A DNA stretch of 64,000 nucleotides from Clostridiales bacterium. GTDB lineage: Bacteria; Bacillota; Desulfotomaculia; Desulfotomaculales; VENG01. Positions 35,424 through 45,435 of this stretch are shown here, piece by piece. The stretch covers positions 37,357-101,356 of the forward strand of contig JADQBQ010000017.1 in NCBI GenBank assembly GCA_016278505.1, read 5' to 3'. Each line of letters starts with the position of its first letter. Within the stretch, counting starts at the first letter, position 1. The position numbers and the translations under genes were made by a program. The notes below the pieces were generated by a model that ran no database searches, had not been told where the DNA came from, and worked only from the letters and a program-made list of their open reading frames with translations.

Positions 35424-36254
35424 TTAATTTTCTTTCCCTCTTATGACTTCATCATAAACTTCCCGCTTTGGGACACCCCTGAGGCGGGATACTTTTTTTA
35501 TTGCTTCTTTGCGGTGAATTCCCTGGGATACAAGTTGAGATACATGTTCTGCTAGAGAAACATCCCAAATATCCTTCTGCCCTTCCTGTTCTTTCCCGGC
35601 CCCTTCAACAATTATGGTAAATTCACCCTTGGGTTCACTCTGGGCAAAAAACTTCACTATTTCCCCGGTACTGCCCCGTAGTACCTCTTCAAACTTCTTT
35701 GTCAACTCCCTTGCCACTGCTATCCTGCGGTCACCCAGCTGCCGGTACATTTCCCCCAAAGTCTCCCTTAACCGGTGCGGTGATTCGTAAAAAATCAGTG
35801 TTCGCCTATCCCCGGCCAAACTTTCCAATTTCTGTTGTTTTGCCTTTCTGGTTGCAGGCAGGAAGCCTTCAAATACAAAAGTACCGGTGGGCAGACCCGA
35901 GACCACCAGAGCCGATAAAGCAGCACTGGGACCCGGGACAGGAATAACTGTAAATCCTTCGGCCGCAACTTCCTGCACCAGTGCCTCACCAGGATCGGAA
36001 ATCCCGGGCAGACCTGCATCACTGACCAATGCTATGTCTTTTCCCTTCTGCAGCATACCTAATAAATAGGACCATTTCTGTTTATGATTGTGCTCGTTAT
36101 AACTGGTTAAGGAAGTGTGAATATCATAATAGGAAAGAAGTTTCCTGGTTCTCCTGGTATCTTCCGCCGCAATCAAGTCTACCTCCTGCAAAATTCTAAG
36201 AGCGCGTAATGTAATATCTTCCAGGTTGCCTATCGGTGTAGCACATAGAAACAA
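35424..36254 (-). CDS. rsmI: 16S rRNA (cytidine1402-2'-O)-methyltransferase
   Basis: 276 aa. Tetrapyrrole-methylase-fold motifs (ATPIGNLEDITLRAL, AAEDTR, SDAG.PGISDPG). yabC position next to abrB. Confidence 0.9.
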   Translation of the reverse strand: MFLCATPIGNLEDITLRALRILQEVDLIAAEDTRRTRKLLSYYDIHTSLTSYNEHNHKQKWSYLLGMLQKGKDIALVSDAGLPGISDPGEALVQEVAAEGFTVIPVPGPSAALSALVVSGLPTGTFVFEGFLPATRKAKQQKLESLAGDRRTLIFYESPHRLRETLGEMYRQLGDRRIAVARELTKKFEEVLRGSTGEIVKFFAQSEPKGEFTIIVEGAGKEQEGQKDIWDVSLAEHVSQLVSQGIHRKEAIKKVSRLRGVPKREVYDEVIRGKEN

Positions 36255-36289
36255 TGTACCTTCAGCAGCGGTCAGATATACACACCTCC

Positions 36290-36595
36290 CTACTCCTGTT
36301 TTTTATACAAGAAGGCCGAGCAGAATAAACAGTCACCCGAGCGCAGGCGACCAAAATGCAAATTGCATACATGGAACCCTTCTTGATACAACCGTACTAA
36401 ATTCTGCAGCGCTGCAGGGGGACTGTTCGTGTTACTTTGCACCCCGGCTCCGGACATGATAGACAACTGACGGCGAAGCTGGGAATTTTCTTCTTCTAAA
36501 TCTTCAATGTGATTTTTCATTCTCTTTAGATCCGTCATCATATCGCTGATTCTGGTTTCCATTCCAATTATTGTTCTCATCAGAGGCTGCATCAT
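36290..36595 (-). CDS. yabA: DNA replication initiation control protein YabA
   Basis: N-terminal coiled coil ([22 protein letters not shown]) and C-terminal Zn-binding H.C......C..C ([18 protein letters not shown]). The true start is probably an internal Met (METRISD...), because the ORF overlaps yaaT by 92 nt. Confidence 0.8.
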   Translation of the reverse strand: MMQPLMRTIIGMETRISDMMTDLKRMKNHIEDLEEENSQLRRQLSIMSGAGVQSNTNSPPAALQNLVRLYQEGFHVCNLHFGRLRSGDCLFCSAFLYKKQE

Positions 36596-37406
36596 TTTTT
36601 TTCACCGCCTTAGGGACAAGTGAATCAAACTGGTATTCTTGGATAATTTTGCTTTCTTTCAGTTCAACACTAACCATCTGTTTAAAAATATTCACACCTG
36701 TTACCCTGCCTTCGCCGTCCGGCGTGATTACCTTACTCCCGGCGGCAGGAAAAAGCTCCTTGGCATGTTCATAGGCCTCGCTCTCAAACTTAAGACAGCA
36801 CATTAAACGGCCACAGATCCCCGAAATTTTAGCTGGGTTCAAAGAGAGATTTTGGTCCTTAGCCATCCTGATGGAGACTGAAGCAAAATCGGACAACCAT
36901 GAACAGCAGCACAGTTCCCGGCCGCAGCAGCCCAGCCCGCCCATCATTTTTGCTTCATCGCGAACACCTATCTGCCTTAATTCTATCCGTGTACGAAAGA
37001 CAGCTGCCAAATCCTTTACCAGTTCTCGAAAATCAACTCTACCGTCGGCAGTGAAGTAGAATATTATTTTATTGCCATCAAAGGTTTTCTCCACATCCAC
37101 TAATTTCATGGGTAGGTCGTGATTATAAATTTTTTCTAAACAAACCTGAAAAGCTTCTTCTTCCTGTTCCCTATTTTCAATGACCTTTTGTTCATCTTCG
37201 GGCGTAGCTTCCCGCAAAACCTGTTTCAAAGGGAATACCACTTCTTCTTCTTCAACTTCCTTAGGCCCTGAAACCAACCAGCCAAACTCGATGCCCCTTG
37301 CCGTTTCCACAATAACACCATCATCCGAGGATAAGTTAAAACTACCCGGGTCAAAATAATAAACTTTACCTGCCGGCTTAAACCTTATACCTACTACTTT
37401 GGGCAA
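36504..37406 (-). CDS. ricT: PSP1-domain stage 0 sporulation protein YaaT/RicT
   Basis: 300 aa with a TTG start after gaggtgg. PSP1 C-terminal domain with the Cys cluster [16 protein letters not shown]...[11 protein letters not shown]. Confidence 0.9.
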   Translation of the reverse strand: MPKVVGIRFKPAGKVYYFDPGSFNLSSDDGVIVETARGIEFGWLVSGPKEVEEEEVVFPLKQVLREATPEDEQKVIENREQEEEAFQVCLEKIYNHDLPMKLVDVEKTFDGNKIIFYFTADGRVDFRELVKDLAAVFRTRIELRQIGVRDEAKMMGGLGCCGRELCCCSWLSDFASVSIRMAKDQNLSLNPAKISGICGRLMCCLKFESEAYEHAKELFPAAGSKVITPDGEGRVTGVNIFKQMVSVELKESKIIQEYQFDSLVPKAVKKNDAASDENNNWNGNQNQRYDDGSKENEKSH

Positions 37407-37451
37407 ACAACCACCTCATTTATCTTCGCTCGAAATAAGTGCGACTAAGGT

Positions 37452-38468
37452 TCAGTTGGGGTTAAAACCCAACTGAACCAAGTCTTCTTTATCGTTAATC
37501 CCTGCCAATGAAAAGAACAGTCCTTCCAAGGCTAAGCGCGTATTGGTACGGAAAGCTAATTTTGTTTTCGTTTGTTCTACGACTTTCATATTCTTAATGA
37601 TTCTATGCACTGATAACTGATGTGCCTTGGCGTTAATAATATGGGCATGATCCCTGTTTACTATTAAATTTTTGCTGCCTTTTTTACACATCAACATATC
37701 CCTATACCATAACATGAGCATATCCATAAAGCGCTGAAAATTAACTTCCTGCCCGGCCAGTTCGCCGGCTAAAAAAGTGACTTCAGTCGCCGCGGCACTA
37801 TCAAGTTTATCCAGCAGAGAAGTTACTTGATTACGTTCCGTATCATTTTCCAACAATTCCAAGGCCTGTCCCAGGCTTCCACCGGCCAGTGCCGACGAAA
37901 GGCCACTTTCCTCTTCACTTATACCCTTTAACCTCTGTAAACCCGTACGGATTTCTTGATCGGAAAGGGGTCTGAAATTTACCTGCTGGCAGCGGGATGA
38001 AATAGTGGACAGAAGTGATTGGGGGTTATCAGATATAAGTATAAACACCACTCCCGCCGGAGGTTCTTCCAGAACCTTAAGAAAACTATTGGCTGCTTCC
38101 CTGGTCATACTGTGGGCCTCGGAAATAATAAATATTTGACGGGTACTTTGGAAAGGACGTAAAGATACGCCCTCGTGCAGCTGTCTCACTTGAGAGATTT
38201 TTATAGTTGCTCCTTCCGGCATTATATAGTGCAGATCGGGATGATTGCCGGACTCAAACTGCCTACAGCTCCGGCACAAGCCACAAGCACCTCCCCCTTG
38301 AGGCTCGCTACAAAGTAAGGATTTCACAAAAGCCATTGCCGTTGTGGTCTTACCGACTCCCCCCGGACCACTAAACAAATAAGCGTGAGAAATACGCCCA
38401 CCTTTAAGGGCTCCGGCAAGGAGGCTTATAATTTCCACGTGACCGATAATGTCCTTAAAGCTGTTCAA
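37452..38468 (-). CDS. holB: DNA polymerase III subunit delta'
   Basis: 338 aa. AAA+ clamp-loader fold (HAYLFSGPGGVGKTT) with zinc module C.....C..C..C. tmk-holB synteny. Confidence 0.9.
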   Translation of the reverse strand: MNSFKDIIGHVEIISLLAGALKGGRISHAYLFSGPGGVGKTTTAMAFVKSLLCSEPQGGGACGLCRSCRQFESGNHPDLHYIMPEGATIKISQVRQLHEGVSLRPFQSTRQIFIISEAHSMTREAANSFLKVLEEPPAGVVFILISDNPQSLLSTISSRCQQVNFRPLSDQEIRTGLQRLKGISEEESGLSSALAGGSLGQALELLENDTERNQVTSLLDKLDSAAATEVTFLAGELAGQEVNFQRFMDMLMLWYRDMLMCKKGSKNLIVNRDHAHIINAKAHQLSVHRIIKNMKVVEQTKTKLAFRTNTRLALEGLFFSLAGINDKEDLVQLGFNPN

Positions 38469-39090
38469 CGGACAGCCCTCCCAAGTAATTACATACCTGC
38501 CGGTGCACTTCTTCCACTGTCATCTGAGCATTTAAAACCTTGCAGCGAGCGGGAGATTTCCTGGCCAATACCAGGTAGGTCTCCCTAACCCGTTTATAGA
38601 ATTGCAGGTCCTCTGCCTCCAACCGGTCAACAGCAGATTTCTTGCCCACAAGTCTTTTCATTGCCACTTCCGGCGGCATATCAAGTACAAAAACCAAGTC
38701 CGGGGACACATTCGGTGCAGCCAATTCATTCAGGCAACCCAGAAATTCGCTGTCCACACCTCTTCCACCACCCTGATACGCCAGGGTGGAATCAGTGAAA
38801 CGATCACATATCACTGTTTCACCTGCGCGCAATGCGGGTAGTATTTTTTCTCCCACGTGCTGGGCCCGGTCCGCTGCGTATAACAAAGCTTCGGCCCGGT
38901 GTGTGATTTCCCCGTTGGCGGGGTGCAAAAGCAATTCTCTGATTTGACCGCCAATACGGGTACCCCCGGGCTCACGGGTAACCACCACATCTTGCCCCAG
39001 TTTATTAAATCTTTCTGCCAGCAATTTTACCTGGGTGGTTTTTCCACACCCGTCTATGCCTTCAAATACGATGAACAGTCCCCGCTGCAC
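38455..39090 (-). CDS. tmk: thymidylate kinase
   Basis: 211 aa. P-loop FEGIDGCGKTTQ, a DRF motif, and a lid region. Confidence 0.95.
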   Translation of the reverse strand: MQRGLFIVFEGIDGCGKTTQVKLLAERFNKLGQDVVVTREPGGTRIGGQIRELLLHPANGEITHRAEALLYAADRAQHVGEKILPALRAGETVICDRFTDSTLAYQGGGRGVDSEFLGCLNELAAPNVSPDLVFVLDMPPEVAMKRLVGKKSAVDRLEAEDLQFYKRVRETYLVLARKSPARCKVLNAQMTVEEVHRQVCNYLGGLSVEQL

Positions 39091-39230
39091 TTTAAAAACA
39101 CTCCGCTTCCGTACAATTTATGGACCACCAATAAAACATTTTCCGATGTAAGAAAATTTTACGATTACAGCATACTATATATCATCTTTATCTTAAAAAG
39201 TACAAATTAAATAAAAAGGTATCCCTTTAG

Positions 39231-39443
39231 GGTCGTTTATTTATGAGATTGAATCGAAATGAAAGTATTTATCAATAATTCCATTGCCAGATAAACTTCA
39301 TTGCTTATCCTGTTAATCCTATTAATCAGTCCTGTATATCCTGTCAAAAATTAGTTGCCCCAAAGTACGACCCAAGATGTTTTATTTACGGAAATAAATT
39401 TTCATTCTAGTTTGTGTATATGGTTCATGGGAGTTTAGACGGT
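39231..39443. repeat. mosaic repeat block (family E copy plus A-like and D-like end motifs)
   Basis: atcctgtcaaaaattagttgccccaaagtacgaccca matches the inverted E units at 32905-32950. gattgaatcgaaatgaaag resembles the family A end. ggttcatgggagtttagac matches the end of module D1. Confidence 0.7.
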
Positions 39444-39444
39444 A

Positions 39445-40887
39445 TCAATAATCCAGAACCCTTATATAGTTTAGTTCAGGATCCTGCGGACCCTGGCAGT
39501 GTAGTTTCATTTTACGTACCGCCTGTAAATAATCCATTATTTCTGCGGTGATTTCCTCACCGGGATAAAGAACCGGAATTCCCGGCGGGTATACACAAAC
39601 CATTTCCCCGCTTATTTGCCCGGATACCTCATTAATTTTCACGGAGCGGGTTCCGGTCATCCAGGCCTGCCGCGGCGACAGTTTAAGGGGCGGAACAGGC
39701 GGCAGTACCATGCTCACTTGTCCCTTTCCGGCATTATGCCTCTCACGATCATATAAATCATGCAATGCCTTTACAAGCAGATGGACATCATTGGGAGTTG
39801 TACCTAAACTGATTATTGCTACGACATTATTAATATCGGCCATCTCCACTTCCACGCCATAACGAGAACTTAAAATCTGCTTTACTTTGTAACCCGTTAA
39901 ACCCAGTCCCTTAACCGAAATTACCAGCCGCGTGGGGTCGATACCGACAAATCCGGTCCCGGTATGTTCTTCCCCGAGAAGAACCGTCCCTTTAATTTGG
40001 GAAATAGATTTACGCGCCTCCACTGCCAGTTCCAGGGTGCGTTGCATAATTTGTTTGCCGTGTACCATCAACTGCAAGCGGGCCGCATCCAGAGAAGCCA
40101 TCAAAAGGTATGAAGGACTGGTAGTTTGAACCAACCGTAAAGAATCCTTAAGCCTCTTTTTATTTATACGATCTCCCTTAAGGTGGAGCCAAGAAGATTG
40201 GGTAAAAGAGCCCCCTGTTTTATGCACGCTTTGTACTACACAGTCGGCCCCGCATTTAAGGGCGCCACAGGGTGTTTGGGCTTGAAAATATAGGTGTGTT
40301 CCGTGTGCCTCGTCCACAATAACCGGCATGTCCACCTGGTGGGAAGCCTGCACTAAACCGGTCAGATCACCAACCGTCCCATAATAAGTGGGGTGAATGG
40401 CTAAAACAGCCTTGTATTTGTTTTTGGTAGATATTCTATGCGCTACATCACCTGCCGGGATGCCGGACGCAATTTCAAAGTAAGGAATAATTTTCGGCTG
40501 TAGATATTCAGGGACTGCACCGCTAAAAATAAGTCCTCCCAATACTGAACTATGAGCATTCCTGGGTACAAGTATACGGTCACCTTCACCTGCGGCGGAT
40601 AAAACCAAAGCCTGCAGACCGCATGAAGTACCATTTACCAGAAAATAAGTATTATCTGCACCGTACAGGCAGGCCGCCAAACTTTGAGCCTCGGCAATTA
40701 CACCCTCGGGGCTATGCAAATCATCCAGCCCGGACACTTCAGTTAAATCCATTTTGGCTAGTTCCGGTGCCATATTTTGCAGTTGGGGCGGCAAACCCGC
40801 TCCCTGCCGGTGCCCGGGAATGTGAAAACGGGCCATGTATTTTTGACTGTAATTTAATATTTTTTCAAATAACGGTGCTCTTTCCAT
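39445..40887 (-). CDS. Orn/Lys/Arg decarboxylase-family PLP enzyme (YaaO-like)
   Basis: 480 aa. Fold-type I decarboxylase major domain with the PLP-lysine context SVHKTGG. Occupies the yaaO position upstream of tmk. Confidence 0.8.
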   Translation of the reverse strand: MERAPLFEKILNYSQKYMARFHIPGHRQGAGLPPQLQNMAPELAKMDLTEVSGLDDLHSPEGVIAEAQSLAACLYGADNTYFLVNGTSCGLQALVLSAAGEGDRILVPRNAHSSVLGGLIFSGAVPEYLQPKIIPYFEIASGIPAGDVAHRISTKNKYKAVLAIHPTYYGTVGDLTGLVQASHQVDMPVIVDEAHGTHLYFQAQTPCGALKCGADCVVQSVHKTGGSFTQSSWLHLKGDRINKKRLKDSLRLVQTTSPSYLLMASLDAARLQLMVHGKQIMQRTLELAVEARKSISQIKGTVLLGEEHTGTGFVGIDPTRLVISVKGLGLTGYKVKQILSSRYGVEVEMADINNVVAIISLGTTPNDVHLLVKALHDLYDRERHNAGKGQVSMVLPPVPPLKLSPRQAWMTGTRSVKINEVSGQISGEMVCVYPPGIPVLYPGEEITAEIMDYLQAVRKMKLHCQGPQDPELNYIRVLDY

Positions 40888-41087
40888 TAACTTATAATGC
40901 TCCCTATTTTACTCCTTATTCGACGTGGCTCTTGAGCTGGCTTTAGAACAACCTCTTAATTAAGTATTTTATCATACGTTGGAAGGCCTTCCAATAAACA
41001 AAGCTTTATTGCCAGTGTTTATCGTAATAAGTAATCGGTAGTGCGGTAAAGATAAAAAAAATCCTTCGGAAAGGATGTGACCAATAA

Positions 41088-41354
41088 ATGGTTCGCAGAT
41101 ATGATAAAATTGACGATAAAGCTCTGTCTAAAAAGTACAGAACTAACGTCAAAAGAATTATTGCAGCCTGGAAAAAAGGATATAGTGATATGGAGATATC
41201 ACAAGCTTTAGGTGTTGACCTATTTACAGTGCAACAAATCAAAACTGACATAGAACTAACCCACAGGCGCATGCGGATAGACAGAAAGCGAAAGTCACTG
41301 TCAGAAGATCATGCTCCCCGGGAACACCATATTTTCTTAAGCCCGTTCATATAA
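41088..41354 (+). CDS. small helix-turn-helix protein (hypothetical)
   Basis: 88 aa. HTH-like segment GYSDMEISQALGVDLFTVQQI. The 3' end overlaps the convergent gin gene by 46 nt, so the true extent is uncertain. Confidence 0.45.
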   Translation: MVRRYDKIDDKALSKKYRTNVKRIIAAWKKGYSDMEISQALGVDLFTVQQIKTDIELTHRRMRIDRKRKSLSEDHAPREHHIFLSPFI

Positions 41355-41494
41355 AAACCGTAATCCGGGTCGCCCGGGGATATATTCTTAATCCTGTCCT
41401 CACAGGCACGGCAAAGCAAAAACCCATGAATTAAAAGCCCCCGGGGTACCGGAACACTATTTCCACAAACCATGCAAGAAATTGCTTTTGCCAT
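41309..41494 (-). CDS. gin: sigma-G inhibitor Gin (CsfB)
   Basis: 61 aa. Two CxxC pairs (CMVCGN...CRAC) and a DPDYGFY...LKKI motif, as in B. subtilis CsfB. Confidence 0.85.
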   Translation of the reverse strand: MAKAISCMVCGNSVPVPRGLLIHGFLLCRACEDRIKNISPGDPDYGFYMNGLKKIWCSRGA

Positions 41495-41601
41495 GCCTAG
41501 CCCCTCCTATTTGTGACTATATTATAAGATATGCAATTGCAAAAGCAAATGTCAGAGAGCACATACTAACGATAACTACCGTGCCCGGGGTGACTGTCTG
41601 T

Positions 41602-44600
41602 TCAGACTACAACCGCTCTGTTCAAAGTAAAGAAATATAAATACTTTTCCTTTACCGGTTGCTGCAGTATGGCACTTGCGGCCCTGCTATACAATTCCAA
41701 CTGCACCCGGTAACGCTTGACAACTTCTATTAAGTGATTTTCCGTTAACCGGTCGGTTTTATAATCAATAACCACCAGTCCATCGTCTTCCACTAAAAGG
41801 CAGTCAATAACACCCTGCAACAAAATAGATTCTCCTGCCGCGACTTTCCCCGTAAGGTTCGGATAAAGCTCGGTCACATCAACATCCCGAGTAAAGGGCA
41901 CTTCCCGGCGCAGGCGTCCCAGCCGGAAAGCGTCCAGCAGACGTTGTCCAAGGCTGCCGGCAAAGAACCGTACAATAGCTTCTTCCTGCACTAGTTCCCT
42001 CTGTTCCGGCCGTAGTATCTTTTGCTTTACCATCATATCTAACTGGAACTGCACTCCGGAGCTATCCAGCGGGGCGTCTAAACTCAGCCGTTCCATCACC
42101 AGGTGCACCACTTGCCCCCGCTCAGTCCCGCCCTGCCGGGCACCCGTGTAAAACGCCGGTAAATCGAGTCCGGCCAGCGAATCCTGCCCTTCACTGATGG
42201 ATTCCTCTATAACGCTAATTTCAGCCGGAGAGCCCATGTTTCTTTCTTCCGTCTCCTCCTGCTTGTGCTTCCATTCAGTGACCGTTATCTTGGAGGGTAG
42301 CCCAGCCAGTTCTGCGTAAGGGTACCCCCAGAAAAGACGCCGGCGAAGTTCTTCATCATCCAAAACTTGATAGCCCTTTTCCCGGTGCCGCATCCAATCT
42401 TCCGGGAAGGGCTTTAATTGACTGATATAATCTACCCACGTTAGGTCCACAGTATCATTTTCTTGCTCTGACACTTCTCTTAAGTGAGCTAGACTGGATG
42501 ATGGCCAGAGAATTAACCGCCAGTTATCACCATGAAATTCCTTGGACTCTACGCCGCTATGGCTACCGGTAAGTGCCGGGTGTGCCCACAGGGTAGGTCC
42601 CAGCCAATCCAAAGGCCCCTTTGCCCCGGCAATTAACGATGCACTTAATTTCCCTTCGGCCGGCATGGCAGTAACCTGGCTTCGCCACTTCTCCACCGCC
42701 CGGTCTAATTTTTTTAGGGCACCGGTGATAATTAATTTTTCTTCCGCCCTGGTAAAAGCCACGTATAAAAGTCGTATCTCTTCCGCTAGGGATTCTAGAC
42801 GAAGACGATGCCGGATAACCTTGTGTAAGACTGTAGGATAACGAACCCCCCTGGACAGATCAGTAACAATAGGGCCACATCCCAGCCGGCGGTGCCATAG
42901 AAAACTACCGGATAAGTCCCTAAGGTTAAAGTTACGGCCCAGGCCGGCTACTATCACCACTGGAAACTCCAGCCCCTTGGATCTATGTATGCTCATCAGA
43001 CGCACAACATCCTCATTCTCTCCCAAAGAGCGCGCTGCATCCAGATCCCCACCTTTTTCCTGCACCTGTTCAATAAAGCGGAGAAAACGAAACAACCCCC
43101 TGTAGACAGTGCCGTCAAAATGACGTGCCCTGTCCACAAGAGCACGTAAGTTAGCCTGCCTAACCGCTCCTCCGGGCAAAGCCCCTACTAGATCAATGTA
43201 ACCGGTCTGGCGGTAAAGTTCTTCCAATAAATCCGCCGGGGACAGCCGGCGGGCCAAGTCACGCCATTCTTTCAGGTGAGTCAAAAAGTTGATTAGTTTT
43301 TGTTTTGCTCCGTTTTCAGCCGTTAAACCTGTTGCGGCAAAATTAAAAACAGCCGTATAAAAATTACTTTCCGGGCTCTCCAGCCGAATTGTTGCTAAGT
43401 CTGCAGCCTTCAGCCCTACCACAGCAGACCGCAAAACTGCAGCTAAAGGGATATCACGGCGGGGATTATCAATTACCTGCAGCAGTGCCAGGACAGTTTG
43501 CACCTCCGGGGCGGCAAAATACCCCCCAGCCCCGTCTGCATACGCCGGTATCCCCAGACGGCGAAATTCTTCCAGGAAAACTCCCACCCGCCCTTTGGGA
43601 GATCGCATCAGTACTACAATGTCCCGCCAGTTGCACCGACGGTATGAATCACTGTCCCGGTCGTAGACCATATACTCATCCGTTATAATCATACTGTAAA
43701 TACGCTGTGCCACCCACCGCGCTTCCAGTTGGAGAAGGTCCAAATCCTCTTTTTCAGGCTCTCTCTCTGTGCCTTTGGATTGCGGATTGCTATAGTCCAG
43801 CAGGTGAAATTCAACCGGTTCTTCTTTTTCTGTTAACGCAGCACAAGGATGCTCAAGACCGGGATTAAGCCGGGCCCGTTCATCATAATCCACTTCGGCT
43901 ACCCGCCTGCTCATCAGGCGCTGAAAAAAGTAATTAACTGCATCCAGCAAGTCGGGGCGGCTGCGAAAGTTACTGCTCAAATCCAGACGCCGGCCAGGCT
44001 TAGTTCCTTCCCGGTCATCAAAGTCCTTGAACTGCCTGTAACACTGTAAGAAAACCATGGGGTCTGCCAGCCGGAAACGGTATATGCTTTGCTTTACATC
44101 TCCCACTAAAAACCGGTTATCATCCCGGGACACTAATCCCAGTATTGCTTCCTGAATTCCGTTAATATCCTGGTATTCGTCTACCAGTACCTCTGTAAAA
44201 TGTTCTTGATATTGCAGGGCCGCCGGCGACGGGAGCAGCTCTTGGTCCGGGTCTTCAGGCGATACATCTCCCCAGGGGGACCCCTCACCGTTGCTGGCCA
44301 ATACTGCAAGCGCAAAATGTTCTAAATCGGAAAAATCCACCACGGCGCGCTCTCCCTTGGCATCCTGGTAAGCTTTTTTGAAGGCCAATACCACTTCCAC
44401 CAGAGCCTGAACCAACGGCGCAACCTTGCCAAAGTCCTCTAAAATCTCTCCGGCAGGGCGAGATAAGAAATCCTTATATAATACACCTATTTGCTTTTTA
44501 ACCTTATTCCTTAAATCCTGGATTCTTTTCTTAATCTCTTCTTCCGCTTCACCCTTTGTCACCCGAGGTAACTGCGGCCATTTTAATCCTTCTTTTACAA

Positions 44601-45435
44601 CGGCCCGGAGTTCATCAAAGGAACCATTGATGAAGCCCTGCCAGCGTTTTATTTTTTCACGCTCACCGGTTAAAACCTCAATATATTGGGGGGGGCCGCC
44701 CGGAGACATAGCCAGCAGCTGTGCCTCTTCCAGGCTTGCCACCCAATTATCCATTTCCAGGCGCAGCATCTCGCGCCACTCTTCTACCCAATACTGATCT
44801 TCCCAGGGGAACCCTGCCGCATTTTGTAAGGATTTAGCCAACCTGTTTAACCAGGCTTCGGGCCGAGGCAGGCTGTGCGCGAATTCATATAGACTGAGCA
44901 CTATTTGCTCCAATTGCCGGTCATCACCGTGCCGCCCGGCCAATGTGCGAGCTAGGTAGATGAAAGGGTCGTCTGCAGCCGCATCCTTATTCACCTCATA
45001 TAATTCTTCCAACACATTGTCCAGCACTTCCGAACGCAGCATAGACATCTCATTTGCGTCCATGACCCGGAAACCGGGGTCCAATTTTAACATGTAAAAA
45101 TAATTACGAATAACCTCACCGCAAAAAGAGTGTATAGTACCGATATGAGTCCTGGGTAACAGGAGTAGTTGATGCTGTAAATGTTCATTATCCGGCATGG
45201 CCTTAATTTTTTCGGCCAGTACCTTTCCTACCCTTTGCCGCATTTCTCCGGCTGCAGCCTCGGTAAAAGTAACCACCAGCAGCCGGTCTATATCCACCGG
45301 AGGCCTGCTGTCTAAAAGCGTATTGTTGATCCTTTCTACTAAAACTGCCGTTTTACCGGAGCCGGCAGCAGCGGAAACCAAAAGATTTCCCCCGCGGGTT
45401 TCAATGGCATCTTTCTGTTCTTTAGTCCAAGTCAT
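41602..45435 (-). CDS. addA: ATP-dependent helicase/nuclease subunit A (AddA)
   Basis: UvrD-like helicase motifs (AAAGSGKT, VDEYQD) and a C-terminal PD-(D/E)xK nuclease (GVIDCL...DYKTD). The start at MTWTKEQ (45435) is preferred over the ORF-track start at 45474. Confidence 0.95.
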   Translation of the reverse strand: MTWTKEQKDAIETRGGNLLVSAAAGSGKTAVLVERINNTLLDSRPPVDIDRLLVVTFTEAAAGEMRQRVGKVLAEKIKAMPDNEHLQHQLLLLPRTHIGTIHSFCGEVIRNYFYMLKLDPGFRVMDANEMSMLRSEVLDNVLEELYEVNKDAAADDPFIYLARTLAGRHGDDRQLEQIVLSLYEFAHSLPRPEAWLNRLAKSLQNAAGFPWEDQYWVEEWREMLRLEMDNWVASLEEAQLLAMSPGGPPQYIEVLTGEREKIKRWQGFINGSFDELRAVVKEGLKWPQLPRVTKGEAEEEIKKRIQDLRNKVKKQIGVLYKDFLSRPAGEILEDFGKVAPLVQALVEVVLAFKKAYQDAKGERAVVDFSDLEHFALAVLASNGEGSPWGDVSPEDPDQELLPSPAALQYQEHFTEVLVDEYQDINGIQEAILGLVSRDDNRFLVGDVKQSIYRFRLADPMVFLQCYRQFKDFDDREGTKPGRRLDLSSNFRSRPDLLDAVNYFFQRLMSRRVAEVDYDERARLNPGLEHPCAALTEKEEPVEFHLLDYSNPQSKGTEREPEKEDLDLLQLEARWVAQRIYSMIITDEYMVYDRDSDSYRRCNWRDIVVLMRSPKGRVGVFLEEFRRLGIPAYADGAGGYFAAPEVQTVLALLQVIDNPRRDIPLAAVLRSAVVGLKAADLATIRLESPESNFYTAVFNFAATGLTAENGAKQKLINFLTHLKEWRDLARRLSPADLLEELYRQTGYIDLVGALPGGAVRQANLRALVDRARHFDGTVYRGLFRFLRFIEQVQEKGGDLDAARSLGENEDVVRLMSIHRSKGLEFPVVIVAGLGRNFNLRDLSGSFLWHRRLGCGPIVTDLSRGVRYPTVLHKVIRHRLRLESLAEEIRLLYVAFTRAEEKLIITGALKKLDRAVEKWRSQVTAMPAEGKLSASLIAGAKGPLDWLGPTLWAHPALTGSHSGVESKEFHGDNWRLILWPSSSLAHLREVSEQENDTVDLTWVDYISQLKPFPEDWMRHREKGYQVLDDEELRRRLFWGYPYAELAGLPSKITVTEWKHKQEETEERNMGSPAEISVIEESISEGQDSLAGLDLPAFYTGARQGGTERGQVVHLVMERLSLDAPLDSSGVQFQLDMMVKQKILRPEQRELVQEEAIVRFFAGSLGQRLLDAFRLGRLRREVPFTRDVDVTELYPNLTGKVAAGESILLQGVIDCLLVEDDGLVVIDYKTDRLTENHLIEVVKRYRVQLELYSRAASAILQQPVKEKYLYFFTLNRAVVV

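Noticed and set aside
41006-41272. 88-aa minus-strand ORF opposite the small HTH gene
   Set aside because: Hydrophobic nonsense composition, no RBS, and antisense to an ORF with a plausible HTH. Neither is strongly supported, and the plus-strand one is preferred.
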